Assembly (NCBI GenBank): GCA_964016885.1
Contig: OZ024754.1
Span: 11,346,001-11,410,000 of the forward strand
Direction: 5' to 3'
Length of the DNA stretch: 64,000 nucleotides
Source of the DNA: Eledone cirrhosa
Lineage: Eukaryota
The notes beneath the pieces were generated by a model. That model worked only from the letters and a program-made list of their open reading frames with translations. It ran no database searches and was not told the origin of the DNA. Shown in pieces: positions 43,884 to 56,297 of this stretch. Positions within the stretch are counted from its first letter, which is position 1; each line of letters begins with the position of its first letter. The position numbers and the translations under genes were made by a program.

Positions 43884-44780
43884 CACACACACATATATAT
43901 ATATACACACACACATATATATATATATACACACACACATATATATATATATATACACACACACATATATATATATATACACACACACATATATATATAT
44001 ACACACACACATATATATATATACACACACACATATATATATATATACACACACACATATATATATATATACACACACACATATATATATATACACACAC
44101 ACATATATATATATACACACACACATATATATATACACACACACATATATATATATACACACACACATATATATATATACACACACACACATATATATAT
44201 ATATATACACACACACATATATATATATATACACACACACATATATATATATATACACACACACACATATATATATATATACACACACACACATATATAT
44301 ATATATACACACACACATATATATATATACACACACACATATATATATATACACACACACATATATATATACACACACACACATATATATACACACACAC
44401 ACATATATATACACACACACACATATATACACACACACACATATATATACACACACATATATATACACACACACACACATATATATACACACACACATAT
44501 ATATATATACACACACACATATATATATATACACACACACATATATATATATACACACACACATATATATATATACACACACACATATATATATACACAC
44601 ACACACATATATATATACACACACACATATATATATATATACACACACACACATATATATATATATACACACACACATATATATATACACACACATATAT
44701 ATATACACACACATATATATATATACACACACACATATATATATATACACACACACATATATATATATACACACACACAC

Positions 44781-44825
<45 letters not shown>

Positions 44826-44882
44826 CACACACACACATATATATATATGTACATACAGATATATATATATATACACACGCAG

Positions 44883-44917
<35 letters not shown>

Positions 44918-45047
44918 CGCAGATATATATATATATGTACACACGCAGATATATATATATATATGTACACACGCAGATATATATATATATATATATGTAC
45001 ACACGCAGATATATATATATCAAACTCAGACACACACACACACACAG
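43025..45047. repeat. Compound (TA)n(CA)n microsatellite array
   Basis: Directly visible. Confidence 0.99.
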
Positions 45048-45542
45048 ACAACCTGAGGGAAGTGATGTAATGCAGACAGACAGATATTCTAAGGGCGCGA
45101 CGTTATATGTGTGTAAGGCGGTGGATTGGCAGTATCAGTAGAGGGTCGGACGCCATGCTTTCCAGCATAGTTACGTCCCTTTACGATCTGAGTTCAAATC
45201 CCGCCGAGGTTGACTTTGCCTTTCATCCTTACGGGGTCGATAAAATAAAGTACCAGTCATACACTGCGTAATTGCTGGCCTTGTACCTAAAGTAGAAACA
45301 GTTAGATGTATGTATCTATCTAAAAAGAGGAAGACTAAGAATTATAGAGAGAGGTCGCTAAATCGCCTAATGCGGTCCCCAGGGCATTGAAAATTTGAAA
45401 TTCTGTTTGCTCAGAACACTCCCTGAAACATAAGTATTACATGTGTAAAGTTTGAAAACAGTCGGTTGGGTGGTTCTCGAGTTTTAGGGATACACACACA
45501 CACATACATACAGACGGTCAAAGCCGCATGTAGTGTTATCTA

Positions 45543-45543
<1 letters not shown>

Positions 45544-45609
<66 letters not shown>
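45544..45609. repeat. (TG)n microsatellite
   Basis: Directly visible. Confidence 0.99.
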
Positions 45610-45613
<4 letters not shown>

Positions 45614-45729
45614 CTTTTTATGTGTCTACGATTTAGTAAGCAGCCAAAATTCTGCTTGCTTCAACCGACGCAATTGATCAACTCAAGATTCTATAACGCA
45701 TGCACACACAATTCGCCCCTGATATATAT

Positions 45730-45831
45730 ATATTGTTATGCTTTGGGAGGGTCATGTTGCCAATAAGAAACACACGCACATGTGCGTGTGTTTCTTATTG
45801 GCAACATGACCCTCCCAAAGCATAACAATAT
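45730..45831. repeat. Perfect 102-bp palindrome with no spacer
   Basis: Centre at 45780/45781 (GCACA|TGTGC); arms match base for base. Confidence 0.95.
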
Positions 45832-45936
45832 CGGTTTCAACTCACGTTGTCAGATAAAGAATCTTGCTAAACAAATTCAGAAACGAAATTTATATATGTG
45901 TGTGCGTGTATGTGTGTGTGTGTGGTGTGTGGTGTG

Positions 45937-46650
45937 TGGAAGGTACACTCAAGAAGTTTTTAGACTTTTTCTTTTCAGGTATTTTTAATTGACTGAATGG
46001 GGCGATCAAAATCTGCTATGGCCAGATGGGGCTACAAGACCGGCCCAACCATCTGCGAATGCGGAGAGGAGGACCATACGATGCAGCACTGCCTTGTTTG
46101 CCCTCTACTACCCAACCAGTGCAGCTTAAAAGATCTCGCAGAATTTAATAATAATGCAAAGGGCTGTGTAAAGAAATGGGAAACTGTCACATAACCACAT
46201 GCTTCGAAGATACGAAAAGAAGAAGAAGAATTGACTGAAGTAACTGTCGCTCTAATACATCGTTGATATGGTTATAATAAACTAACATTGTAAGTCTTGA
46301 GACTCTGGTAACCTGTGACGAGAGCTGTTATAATCTAGAGACCAAGAGACAGAGTGCCCAGTGGAAACATTCTGACTCCCCAAGATCCAAGAAGGCCAGG
46401 CAAAGCAGGTCCACAGTGAAGCTCATGAAAATCCCATTCTTCAACAGCAAGAGCATCATTTACATTCATTGGGTCCCCTATGGCCAGACAGTCTACAAAA
46501 GTAACTATGTAGAGGTTTTGAGGCGGGTTCAGAAAGAGATTTCGTTGCAAGAGACTAGAATTCTTCAAGTCTAGTCAGTGGCACCTGCAGCAGAACAATG
46601 CCTCCTCGTTTAAATCCATCCTGGTGACCACCAACTACTTGACTGATATG
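45937..46650 (+). mobile_element. Degraded mariner transposon
   Basis: ETKRQSAQWKHSDSPRSKKARQSRS...WVPYGQTV...YVEVLRR transposase remnant. Confidence 0.85.
45998..46228 (+). mobile_element. 5'-truncated LINE 3' end nested in the mariner
   Basis: CECGEEDHTMQHCLVCP zinc knuckle, (AAG)n tail, target-site duplication AATTGACTGAA (45987-45997 and 46229-46239). Confidence 0.85.
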
Positions 46651-47886
46651 AGACTGTCGGACACCATGCTTCACAACAGAGAGTTACGGCCCTTTATGTT
46701 CAGAGTTCAAACCCTGCCGAGGTTAGCTTTGCCTTTCATCTTTACGGGGTCGATAAAATAAAGCACCAGTAATACACCGAGGATCGGTTTAATCGATCCC
46801 CCACAAAAAAAAGTTTCTGGCCTTGTGCCTATAGTAGGTCAGTGTAACGGTATGTTCTAAGAAAATCCAGAATGCAGTTTAAGTTTGACCAAGACAGGAA
46901 TAATTTTCATCTACGTTATTAAATCTTGGTTTGGGTGTATAATTATAACTATTTACAATACTGAGAAAATTATTTCTTTCGTAATTTCTTTATTTTTTCT
47001 TTAGATTTTATGAAGAGATGGTATTGCTTAGTTGTCATATAATATTCAATGAGACGTTAGCTCAGAATTGAAACTAGACCTTGACTTGCTTGCCATGCCA
47101 ACAGAAAAAAAAAAAAACGAATAGGCTATGTAGCCGGTAAATTCTAAAGAAGCACTACATCTGTTTATGTATTTACGTGTAACTAAAGCGTAACGTACGT
47201 TACGAATGGACGACTAAATAATTTTAACTTGTTTTTTTTAACAATTGACGGTGAAAAAGATTTCAAATTGTCTTAATTATCTTAACTCGGGCTGCAAATC
47301 ATGGTGTCTGACACTCTTACCGACTACATAGCATCTTCCCAAAGAAGAAAAAAAAAAAAAAATTTTTTCCCGGCGGATGGCGAGGGAGAAGAGCTGGAAT
47401 AGCCATTCCAGTTCGGGGAGATTCACACCTTAAGTTATTAACATATTTAGAAATTTACAACAGGACTGAAATTAGCATCAATTTTTCAATGTTACTGGAT
47501 TACTTGATATGAACAAACAAGTTAACGAAGTTAAATAATATTTACATACCTTTAAATCACGTAAACATGTCATATTTAAATAAGAAGCAAGGATTAATTT
47601 TACCAAGAAAGCATTGAATTTTAGAATATCAATGATTAAGAAGTCTACAGTTGTTATCACGTTGGTTTGTAGCCTAGAAATAGGCGGACAATGTTTGCAA
47701 TATATCTTACGTTTGAATTTATTGGTCGATGAATTTTTATGAACTCGATATTATTTCGACCATAAGTGTTAGTACTGATTGTAAACTAAAGTACTTACGT
47801 TCAAAACTCAGTAGAGTGAAACTTGGTTTATTTTATTTTTATAATTTAGAAATAAATACCATTTATCAAAGTCAAGTTGTTTCAAC

Positions 47887-47941
<55 letters not shown>

Positions 47942-47944
47942 AAC

Positions 47945-48001
<57 letters not shown>

Positions 48002-48350
48002 AACGAGTAGGACCCCGACGGCTGAGCTCAAGCCGTTTCGACGGCTAATTCTGGACTAAAAAGTCCAGAATTAGCCGTCGAAACGGCTTGAGCTCACTCG
48101 GGGTCCTACTCGTTCCTATTTCCCACTCTACTACCCTAAGTATTGAGTACTTTGGTGCGTTATGGTCCATCTGGTTCCTTACCACATTTCTTTCGTTATA
48201 TATATATATATATATATAACAAAGGAATTGTGGTAAGGAACCAGATGGACCATAACGCACCAGAGTACTCAATACTTAGGGTAGTAGAGTGGGAAATAGG
48301 AAAAGGTATGACTCCGACGGCAGAGCTCTGCCGTCGGGGTCATACCTTTT

Positions 48351-48395
<45 letters not shown>

Positions 48396-48503
48396 TTCGT
48401 TAGATGGTAAAGGTATATCTTTGAGGTATCTCTCAAAGATATATATATTTATTTATTAAAATAACATTAAAGTTTAAGCAAAGAATCGCTGTTTTCACCC
48501 TAT

Positions 48504-48539
<36 letters not shown>

Positions 48540-48548
<9 letters not shown>

Positions 48549-48860
48549 TAAAAAAATAATGAATAAAACAATGAAACAGTTCCTTATATTAAACAAAAAA
48601 AGTTCATTATTTAACGATCGTTTCTAGGATATATATGTGTTAGAATTTATTTCTGAAGACGGCATATATGTGTGTTTGGTATGTATATTTAATCTTGATA
48701 GTTTGTATAATTTTGTATAATTTTGTACATAGATCTGTTGAATATGCATGCCAATTCTAACACATATATATCCTAGAAACGATCGTTAAATAATGAACTT
48801 TTTTTGTTTAATATAAGGAACTGTTTCATTGTTTTATTCATTATTTTTTTAATATTTTAT
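48540..48860. repeat. Inverted repeat with arms of about 108 bp and a spacer of about 105 bp (Penelope-like terminal inversion)
   Basis: 48540-48647 versus 48753-48860; arm contains the hammerhead half-motif GAAACGATCGTT. Confidence 0.8.
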
Positions 48861-48994
48861 CTTGACTCTGTATTCCGTTTATCTTTCACCGAAAGTGATT
48901 TTTCATTGCATCTCTTCTTTCCATGATATCCGGACTACATTGAGTTCTTCATACGGATTGGACACTACCGTAAACTCTTGGTAGATTTATCTAC

Positions 48995-49034
<40 letters not shown>

Positions 49035-49369
49035 TAAAAAGAGGAAAAATAATAGGGGTGGGGTGGAATAAGCAGGGGGTTGGAATAACCGGGGGGAGGG
49101 AGTCGGTAATTGTATAGTGTACGTTCGTACTTGTAATGTTTTTGTTTTTTTCTCAGATATAATGTGTTTTTTTAATGTAAAGTGAAATAATTATTAGATT
49201 CTCCAGCTGCTGTATCAATATGAATCACTTACAATAAAATTTCGCTGGAGATAGATTAGCAAAATTTAATAAGTGGAGCGATTATTCAAGACATGAGAGT
49301 ATATGTATTAATAAGAAATTCAGTATTATCAATGTATAACAAAACTTCTTTGTCCACTTATTACTGGGA

Positions 49370-50945
49370 TGGTCGTTAAGCAGACCTTCCAGCAAATTTT
49401 GTCAGAAGCAGCCGTCTCCAACTGATCCAGATGGCTCCCCCCACGCGAGACCAGCCGTACTCATGGATGTCATTGAACCATCTTACTCAGGATCTACCCT
49501 TGAGTCTCCTGCCGGTTGGTTTTGCCTGTAAAATCCATCCAGCGATTCTTTCCTAAGACATTCTAACCACATACCCGTAATATCGGAGTTGTGATCTTCC
49601 AATTTGGAGAAGTAGTAGCTCTACCTGGAGTGACTCCAGCGATTCTTTCCTAACACATTCTAACCACATGCCCGTAATATCGGAGTTGTGATCTTCCAAT
49701 TTGGAGAAGTAGTAGCTCTACCTGGAGTGACTCCAGCGATTCTTTCCTAAGACATTCTAACCACATGCCCGTAATATCGGAGTTGTGATCTTCCAATTTG
49801 GAGAAGTAGTAGCTCTACCTGGAGTGACTCCAGCGATTCTTTCCTAAGACATTCTAACCACATACCCGTAATATCGGAGTTGTGATCTTCCAATTTGGAG
49901 AAGTAGTAGCTCTACCTGGAGCGACTCCAGCGATTCTTTCCTAAGACATTCTAACCACATACCCGTAATATCGGAGTTGTGATCTTCCAATTTGGAGAAG
50001 TAGCAGCTCTACCTGGAGTGACTCCAGCGATTCTTTCCTAAGACATTCTAACCACATGCCCGTAATATCGGAGTTGTGATCTTCCAATTTGGAGAAGTAG
50101 CAGCTCTACCTGGAGTGACTCCAGCGATTCTTTCCTAAGACATTCTAACCACATGCCCGTAATATCGGAGTTGTGATCTTCCAATTTGGAGAAGTAGCAG
50201 CTCTACCTGGAGTGACTCCAGCGATTCTTTCCTAAGACATTCTAACCACATGCCCGTAATATCGGAGTTGTGATCTTCCAATTTGGAGAAGTAGTAGCTC
50301 TACCTGGAGTGACTCCAGTGATTCTTTCCTAAGACATTCTAACCACATGCCCGTAATATCGGAGTTGTGATCTTCCAATTTGGAGAAGTAGTAGCTCTAC
50401 CTGGAGTGACTCCAGCGATTCTTTCCTAAGACATTCTAACCACATGCCCGTAATATCGGAGTTGTGATCTTCCAATTTGGAGAAGTAGTAGCTCTACCTG
50501 GAGTGACTCCAGCGATTCTTTCCTAAGACATTCTAACCACATGCCCGTAATATCGGAGTTGTGATCTTCCAATTTGGAGAAGTAGCAGCTCTACATGGAG
50601 TGACTCCAGCGATTCTTTCCTAACACATTCTAACCACATGCCCGTAATATCGGAGTTGTGATCTTCCAATTTGGAGAAGTAGTAGCTCTACCTGGAGTGA
50701 CTCCAGCGATTCTTTCCTAACACATTCTAACCACATGCCCGTAATATCGGAGTTGTGATCTTCCAATTTGGAGAAGTAGTAGCTCTACCTGGAGTGACTC
50801 CAGCGATTCTTTCCTAACACATTCTAACCACATACCGTAATATTGGAGCTGTGATCTCTTAATTCTGAGAAATAGCGGCTCTACCTGGAGTAACTCTGAT
50901 CCGGGTGTGTAGATAGACATAGCACTAACCATCAGACATTGGAGC
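49370..50945 (-). mobile_element. RTE LINE 3' fragment with an internally amplified 97-bp satellite (about 14 copies, 49539-50890)
   Basis: Unit encodes SLQVELLLLQIGRSQLRYYGHVVRM; homologous to single-copy sequence at about 29990-30085. Confidence 0.93.
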
Positions 50946-51829
50946 GTTTGAGACGCTTTTTTGAAAAGAAAAAACAAACAAACCTAAAAAAACCGGAAAG
51001 TTGTATGTCATGAACTACATTAGAAACTGTGATGTCATCAATGACAAGAATATGCTTACTTGTTAAAAAAAAAATAACACCCTCAACTTTATTTGACGAA
51101 GGGTCACTACGACTAACTTCAATATTACTGTGAATAGATACTAAGAAAAATTGGTAGTTATAATTTAAATTGTTTATAATGATACACAAACGTTTAACAG
51201 CTTTTTTCTCGTTATTTAGCCGTAAGTTAACATCGATCGAATTCATGTTCATCACCAAAGCTATTCCAGATATGTTCTTGTTATCCAATATGCGCTACTA
51301 TTTCTTGCAGCGGTACCCAACCTTTTCCATCCCGTTCACCCTGCGGTAACTTTTCGAAAGCAAATGTAACCCTTACCCACACCAACCGCTGTTTTGTTCA
51401 GTAAAATAGTTTATATGAGAAATGTAATGTATTTCACTCCATTTTCTTGTCTCTCCATGTTTTACTCGGTTCATTTACTTAGAATCCAATCTTTTCAATT
51501 TTATTCGATAATTCTGTCAGACCCCCCCCCCCCCCCCCCAAACAATCTTTTCGTATTTAAACTGTGATTACTGTTATACGTTCGTTTAATAACCTCGTAT
51601 TTAAACACTGATTACTGTTATACGCTCGTTTAAATTATGGATTTAGAATTAGATTATAAAAATAACCTTCTCGTTAACTTTTTCGGGAACATTTTTCCTT
51701 GTTCTTCTCTTCTCCTCTGTCCCCCAATGCATTGTTTATAAGCCTACACGCCCTCTCACACCCTTCCCCCCCCTCTCTCTCTCTCTCTCTCTCAGCAAGT
51801 ATAAAATGAACCTGTCCTTAAGTTTAAAA

Positions 51830-54307
51830 CTGGTTGCCTTTGATATGCTAGATGGACTATAGAATTCTGGAGAGTCTGAAGAATCTGGACACTCAATGAC
51901 AATGTCAAAGATAAAGATAAATTCACCTCATGTTGCCGGACGAGAATTTATCTTTATTTCAGACGCGGATGGCTAACATAACCCCATCTCCCTCACCCCT
52001 CCCTACACCTCCAACCCATCCTTTCCACCCACCAAACAAAATCCAAAACTTCAGAGTTGGTACCATGAATGTAGGCACTTTAAAAGGTCGCTCTAACGAG
52101 GTTGTAAAGATGCTTGAACATAAGGAAGTTGATGCTTGTTGCGTCCAAGAGACTAGGGGGAGGGGTGGGTCTGCTAGATTCATTGTGGGTAAAAAACGAT
52201 GCTATAAACTTTTCTGGGTGGGAAATGAAAATGGGCTGGGTGGAGTAGGAATTATGTTAGCAGAAAAATGGGTAGATAAGGTAATCGACGTAAATAGAGT
52301 GAATGACAGAATAATCAAAATACGACTTGTCCTAAATAGAACTACTGTGACAATAATATCCGCGTATGCACCCCAATCTGGACTGCCTGGCGTTATAAAA
52401 GACAGATTCTATGAGTCGCTAATGCTCACTACCTCCCAACTAACCGACAGTGACTACATAATTATTGCTGGTGACCTAAATGATCATGTTGGACAACATT
52501 GTGACGGCTATGACGGAATCCATGGAGGCTACGGGTTTGGTACCAGAAATGAGGAAGGCTTCAGAATCCTGGAATTCTGTGACGCTAATAAACTAACTAT
52601 CTGTAACACAAACTTCAAAAAAGGAGACAATCACTTGATCACCTATAGATCAGGGGAACATGCCAGTCAGATAGATTATATCCTTACCAGAAGACGTGAC
52701 AAAGTGTCTGTTGTAAACACTAAATCCCTCCCCCGTGAAGAATGCACCTCCCAACATAGCCTCATAGTTAGGGACCTCATAGTCAGGACAAGCACAGCCA
52801 GTAACAAATTTAAAAGCATATTACTTGATGCTTTTGACAGTAAGGAAGAGCAATTAGAGACGTACAGTATAGAGGAACAGTGGGAATTCCTGAAAGTTAA
52901 CCTGCTGAAGGCGACAGATGAAATCTGTGGCTGGAGCAAACCTATAGGCAGGAGGAGAGTAACATGGTGGTGGAACAGTAAGGTGGAGGAGTCAATCAAG
53001 GCCAAAAAGCAAGCTTGGAAAGTATGATGGGATTGGGGAAGTAGAGAAGACTATGGAAGCATGGCCTAGAATCAAAAGGCCTTAAAATTAACTTGTCTAA
53101 GACTAAAGTTCTAGTATGTAGGAAGGAAAATAGGGCACTGGTCCCCTCTGGGAAATGGTCATGCTCAGTGTGTAGGAAAGGAATAGGCAGAAACTCCATT
53201 TTATGTCCCAAATGCAAAGTATGGGTGCATAAAAGATGTAGTGGGATCACAAGTAAGCTAACTAAGAACATAGATTTTATATATGGCCAGTGTTCAGGTG
53301 CAATAAGTAGCAAGTGCCCACAGGATACTAGCTCCTTCCATTGCCCAGATGGTTCTATAGAAATAGTGGACACCTTCCATTACCTGGGTGACAAAATCAG
53401 AAGTGGTAGAGGGTGCTCTGAAAGTACAGTAGCCAGAGTCAGAACGGGATGGAAAAAGTTCAGAGAGCTTATACCACTATTGGCCACTAAAGGTTTCTCT
53501 CTAAAAATGAAAGGCAGACTGTATGATGCCTGCATACGAACAGCAATATTACATGGCAGTGAGACATGGGCATTGTGTGCAGAGGATCTGCGCAGACTGG
53601 AGAGGAATGAAGCTTGCATGCTTCGTTGGATGTGTAATAGTAATATACGTGAACGACAAAGCATAAATGAACTAAGTGAGAAATTAGGAATACGGGGGAT
53701 CAGATGCTGTTTACTCGAGAGAAGACTACGTTGGTATGGTCACGTGATGCGCATGAAAGACGACAGCTGTATAAAAAGTGCAGGGCAATCAAAACTGATA
53801 GAAGCTACGGAGTAGGCAGACCTAGAAAAACCTGGGACGATTTGATAAATTCCAACCTTACACACTTACACCTCTCCAAGACAATGTCACTGGACCGAGA
53901 TCTTTGGCGCTACGCAGTAATACAGAAGACCCGCCTTGCCTAAGTACAAAGCGAAACCTACAGTCAGTAGGCACTTCTTAACGAAAAATACACCCCCATC
54001 CCCATCTACACCACCCCTTTCTCTGTAAAGTTATGTTGGTACCACAACATCCAGTCCTAAATAAATGGTCGTGTAGGTGTCACAACAAAAAAACACAGTC
54101 CACGCTGTAATGTGGCCATGTAGGTAACACAGTAAAAACCTCCCAGTCCACACTGTAAACGTAGTTGGTGTTAGGAAGGGCATCCAGCCGTAGAAAACCT
54201 GTCAGACAGTCCTAAACGAGCAAGACAACCAATCTTGCCTCAAGTGGGAAAATTCCCGTCTAAACCCATGCTAGCGTGGAAGATAGACGTTAAACAATGA
54301 TGATGAT
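51830..54307 (+). mobile_element. RTE LINE with APE endonuclease ORF (51930-53027), deleted RT core and Cys-rich C-terminal region (53093-53815)
   Basis: GTMNVGTL, CVQETR, AYAPQ, GDLN, SQIDYIL motifs; no YADD region; (ATG)n tail. Confidence 0.93.
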
Positions 54308-55593
54308 TATACTTAGCCTTTGTTGACCTAGAGAAGGCCTTTGATAGGGTACCCCGATCTGTCATCTGGTGATCCCTAAGGAAACTAGGTTTTGAGGAAT
54401 GGCTTGTGAGGACAGGGCAAACTTTGTACAGAGGTACTGTCAGTAAAGTCAGAGTAGGAATGGAGGTTAGTGAACAATTCCAGGTACAAGTAGGCGTTCA
54501 TCAAGGTTCGGTCCTCAACCCGCTCTTGTTCATTATAGTCCTCCAAGCCATAACAGAGGAGTTTAAGACTGGCTGTCCATGGGAACTTCTCTATGCTGAC
54601 GATCTGGTTCTTATAGCAGAATCAGTAGAGGAGCTAGAGAATAAATTCTGGCTATGTAAACAGCAGTTGGAAGCAAGAGGACTGAGAGTGAACCTAGCTA
54701 AGACAAAAGTGTTGATGAGTAGAAAAAAGGACAAAACTCTGATTCCGTCAGGGAAATGGCCATGTTCGATATGCAGAAAAGGAACTGGCATAAATTCTAT
54801 AAAATGCACACAATGCAGATCCTGGGTACACAAGAGATTTAGCGGGATAGCAGGCAAACTAACAGGTAGGGAGAAATATGTATGCAGTAGATGTGCAGAG
54901 AAATTAGACAGTAGAAGTTGCATTGATAGACACATTTTTCAAATGCAGGCGGGTGCTATAGAAGTGGTGGGATAGCTTCCGGTACCTAGGAGATCAGATT
55001 AGCATGGGAGGGGGGGGGGGGGTTCCAAGGCCAGACTATCTAGAATAAGGACGGGTTGGAAGAAGTTTAGGGAGCTGCTTCCTCTGCTGACGAAGAAGGG
55101 TTTCTCACTGCGTACAAAAGGCTGGTTATATGATGCCTGTGTGAGGAGCATCATGCTGCATGGTAGTGAGACATGGGCAGCAACTGCAGAGGATATGCGA
55201 CGGCTGGAGAGAAATGAGGCAAGCATGCTCCGTTGGATGTGCAATGTTAATGTGCGTGAACGACCCAGCATGAATGTGTTGAGAGAGAAACTGTGTCTGA
55301 GAGGGATAGAATGTAGTGTGTGAGAGAGGAGACTGAGGTGGTATGGACATGTGATGCGCATGGAGGATAACCAATGGGTGAAGAAGTGCCAGGAAATGCC
55401 AGTTGAAGGAAGACGCAGTAGAGGTAGACCACGAAAAACATGGGCGGAGGTGGCGAGAGCAGACCTCAGACTGCTCAAGCTCACAGTGGAGATGACGAAG
55501 GACCATGAGAAGTGGAGAGATGCTGTGCTGAATAAGACCCGTCCCACCCTTGCGAGCAGGGGAAAGCGGACGTAAAATGATGATGATGATGAT
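54308..55593 (+). mobile_element. 5'-truncated RTE LINE (RT to 3' end) with stop codons
   Basis: AFVDLEKAFD, GVHQGSVLNPLLF, LLYADDLVL, FRYLG; (ATG)n tail. Confidence 0.95.
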
Positions 55594-56183
55594 GACTACA
55601 GCAACCGACAGTGGAGAAATTTTTTAATTATTTTCAAATAACAATAATACAACACAATGTTATTTTACCTACAACTACTGACAAACACAAATCTGTACTT
55701 TTTTTAGCATTTATAATTTAATTTATTTTATCAAACTAAACGATGTACATGAAATAAATTAATAACAAAGTTCACATTTTCCCCCAAACAATATATATAG
55801 CTTGACCTCTGCAGGATTTGTATTAATATTGACAAAACAAAAGACATGAAAGAAAGAAAACAACAAACAAATTAACTTGTAATATTTCTTTAAAATAAAG
55901 GACGGTGGATTGGCAGCATTGGTAGAGCGTCAGACATACTTTATGGTTTTACGTTCCAAGTTCAAATCCCACTGAGGTTAATTTTGCCTTTCACCGTTAC
56001 AGGGTCGATAAAATAAAGTACCCATAACGCACCAGGGTTGATTAAATGGTTTCCCTTCCTCCAAAACTGCTGGCCTTGTGCCTAAATCAGGAACCAATAT
56101 TTCTTTAAATTGAATTTATGAATGCGAAATATCAATTTATTTTTTGTTTTGTAAATATTACTTATGTTTTTTAGGTGTAAATC

Positions 56184-56297
56184 ATGGCATTTTCACAGAT
56201 CTCTCAAAGAGAACCAATAGGCAATAAGTCTGTTAAACAGCTGGCTGGGATTGGCGGAACTCTTGCAAAAAATCTTAAGAAAAAAGGATATAAAAAG
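56184..56297 (+). CDS. BANF1-like: Barrier-to-autointegration factor-like protein, coding exon 1 (MAFSQISQREPIGNKSVKQLAGIGGTLAKNLKKKGYKK); exon starts at 56175
   Basis: EPxGxKxVxxLAGIG helix-hairpin-helix motif; AAG|GT donor in phase 0. Confidence 0.92.

Noticed and set aside
42834-45141. 659-741-aa ORFs on both strands
   Set aside because: (TA)n(CA)n microsatellite artefacts
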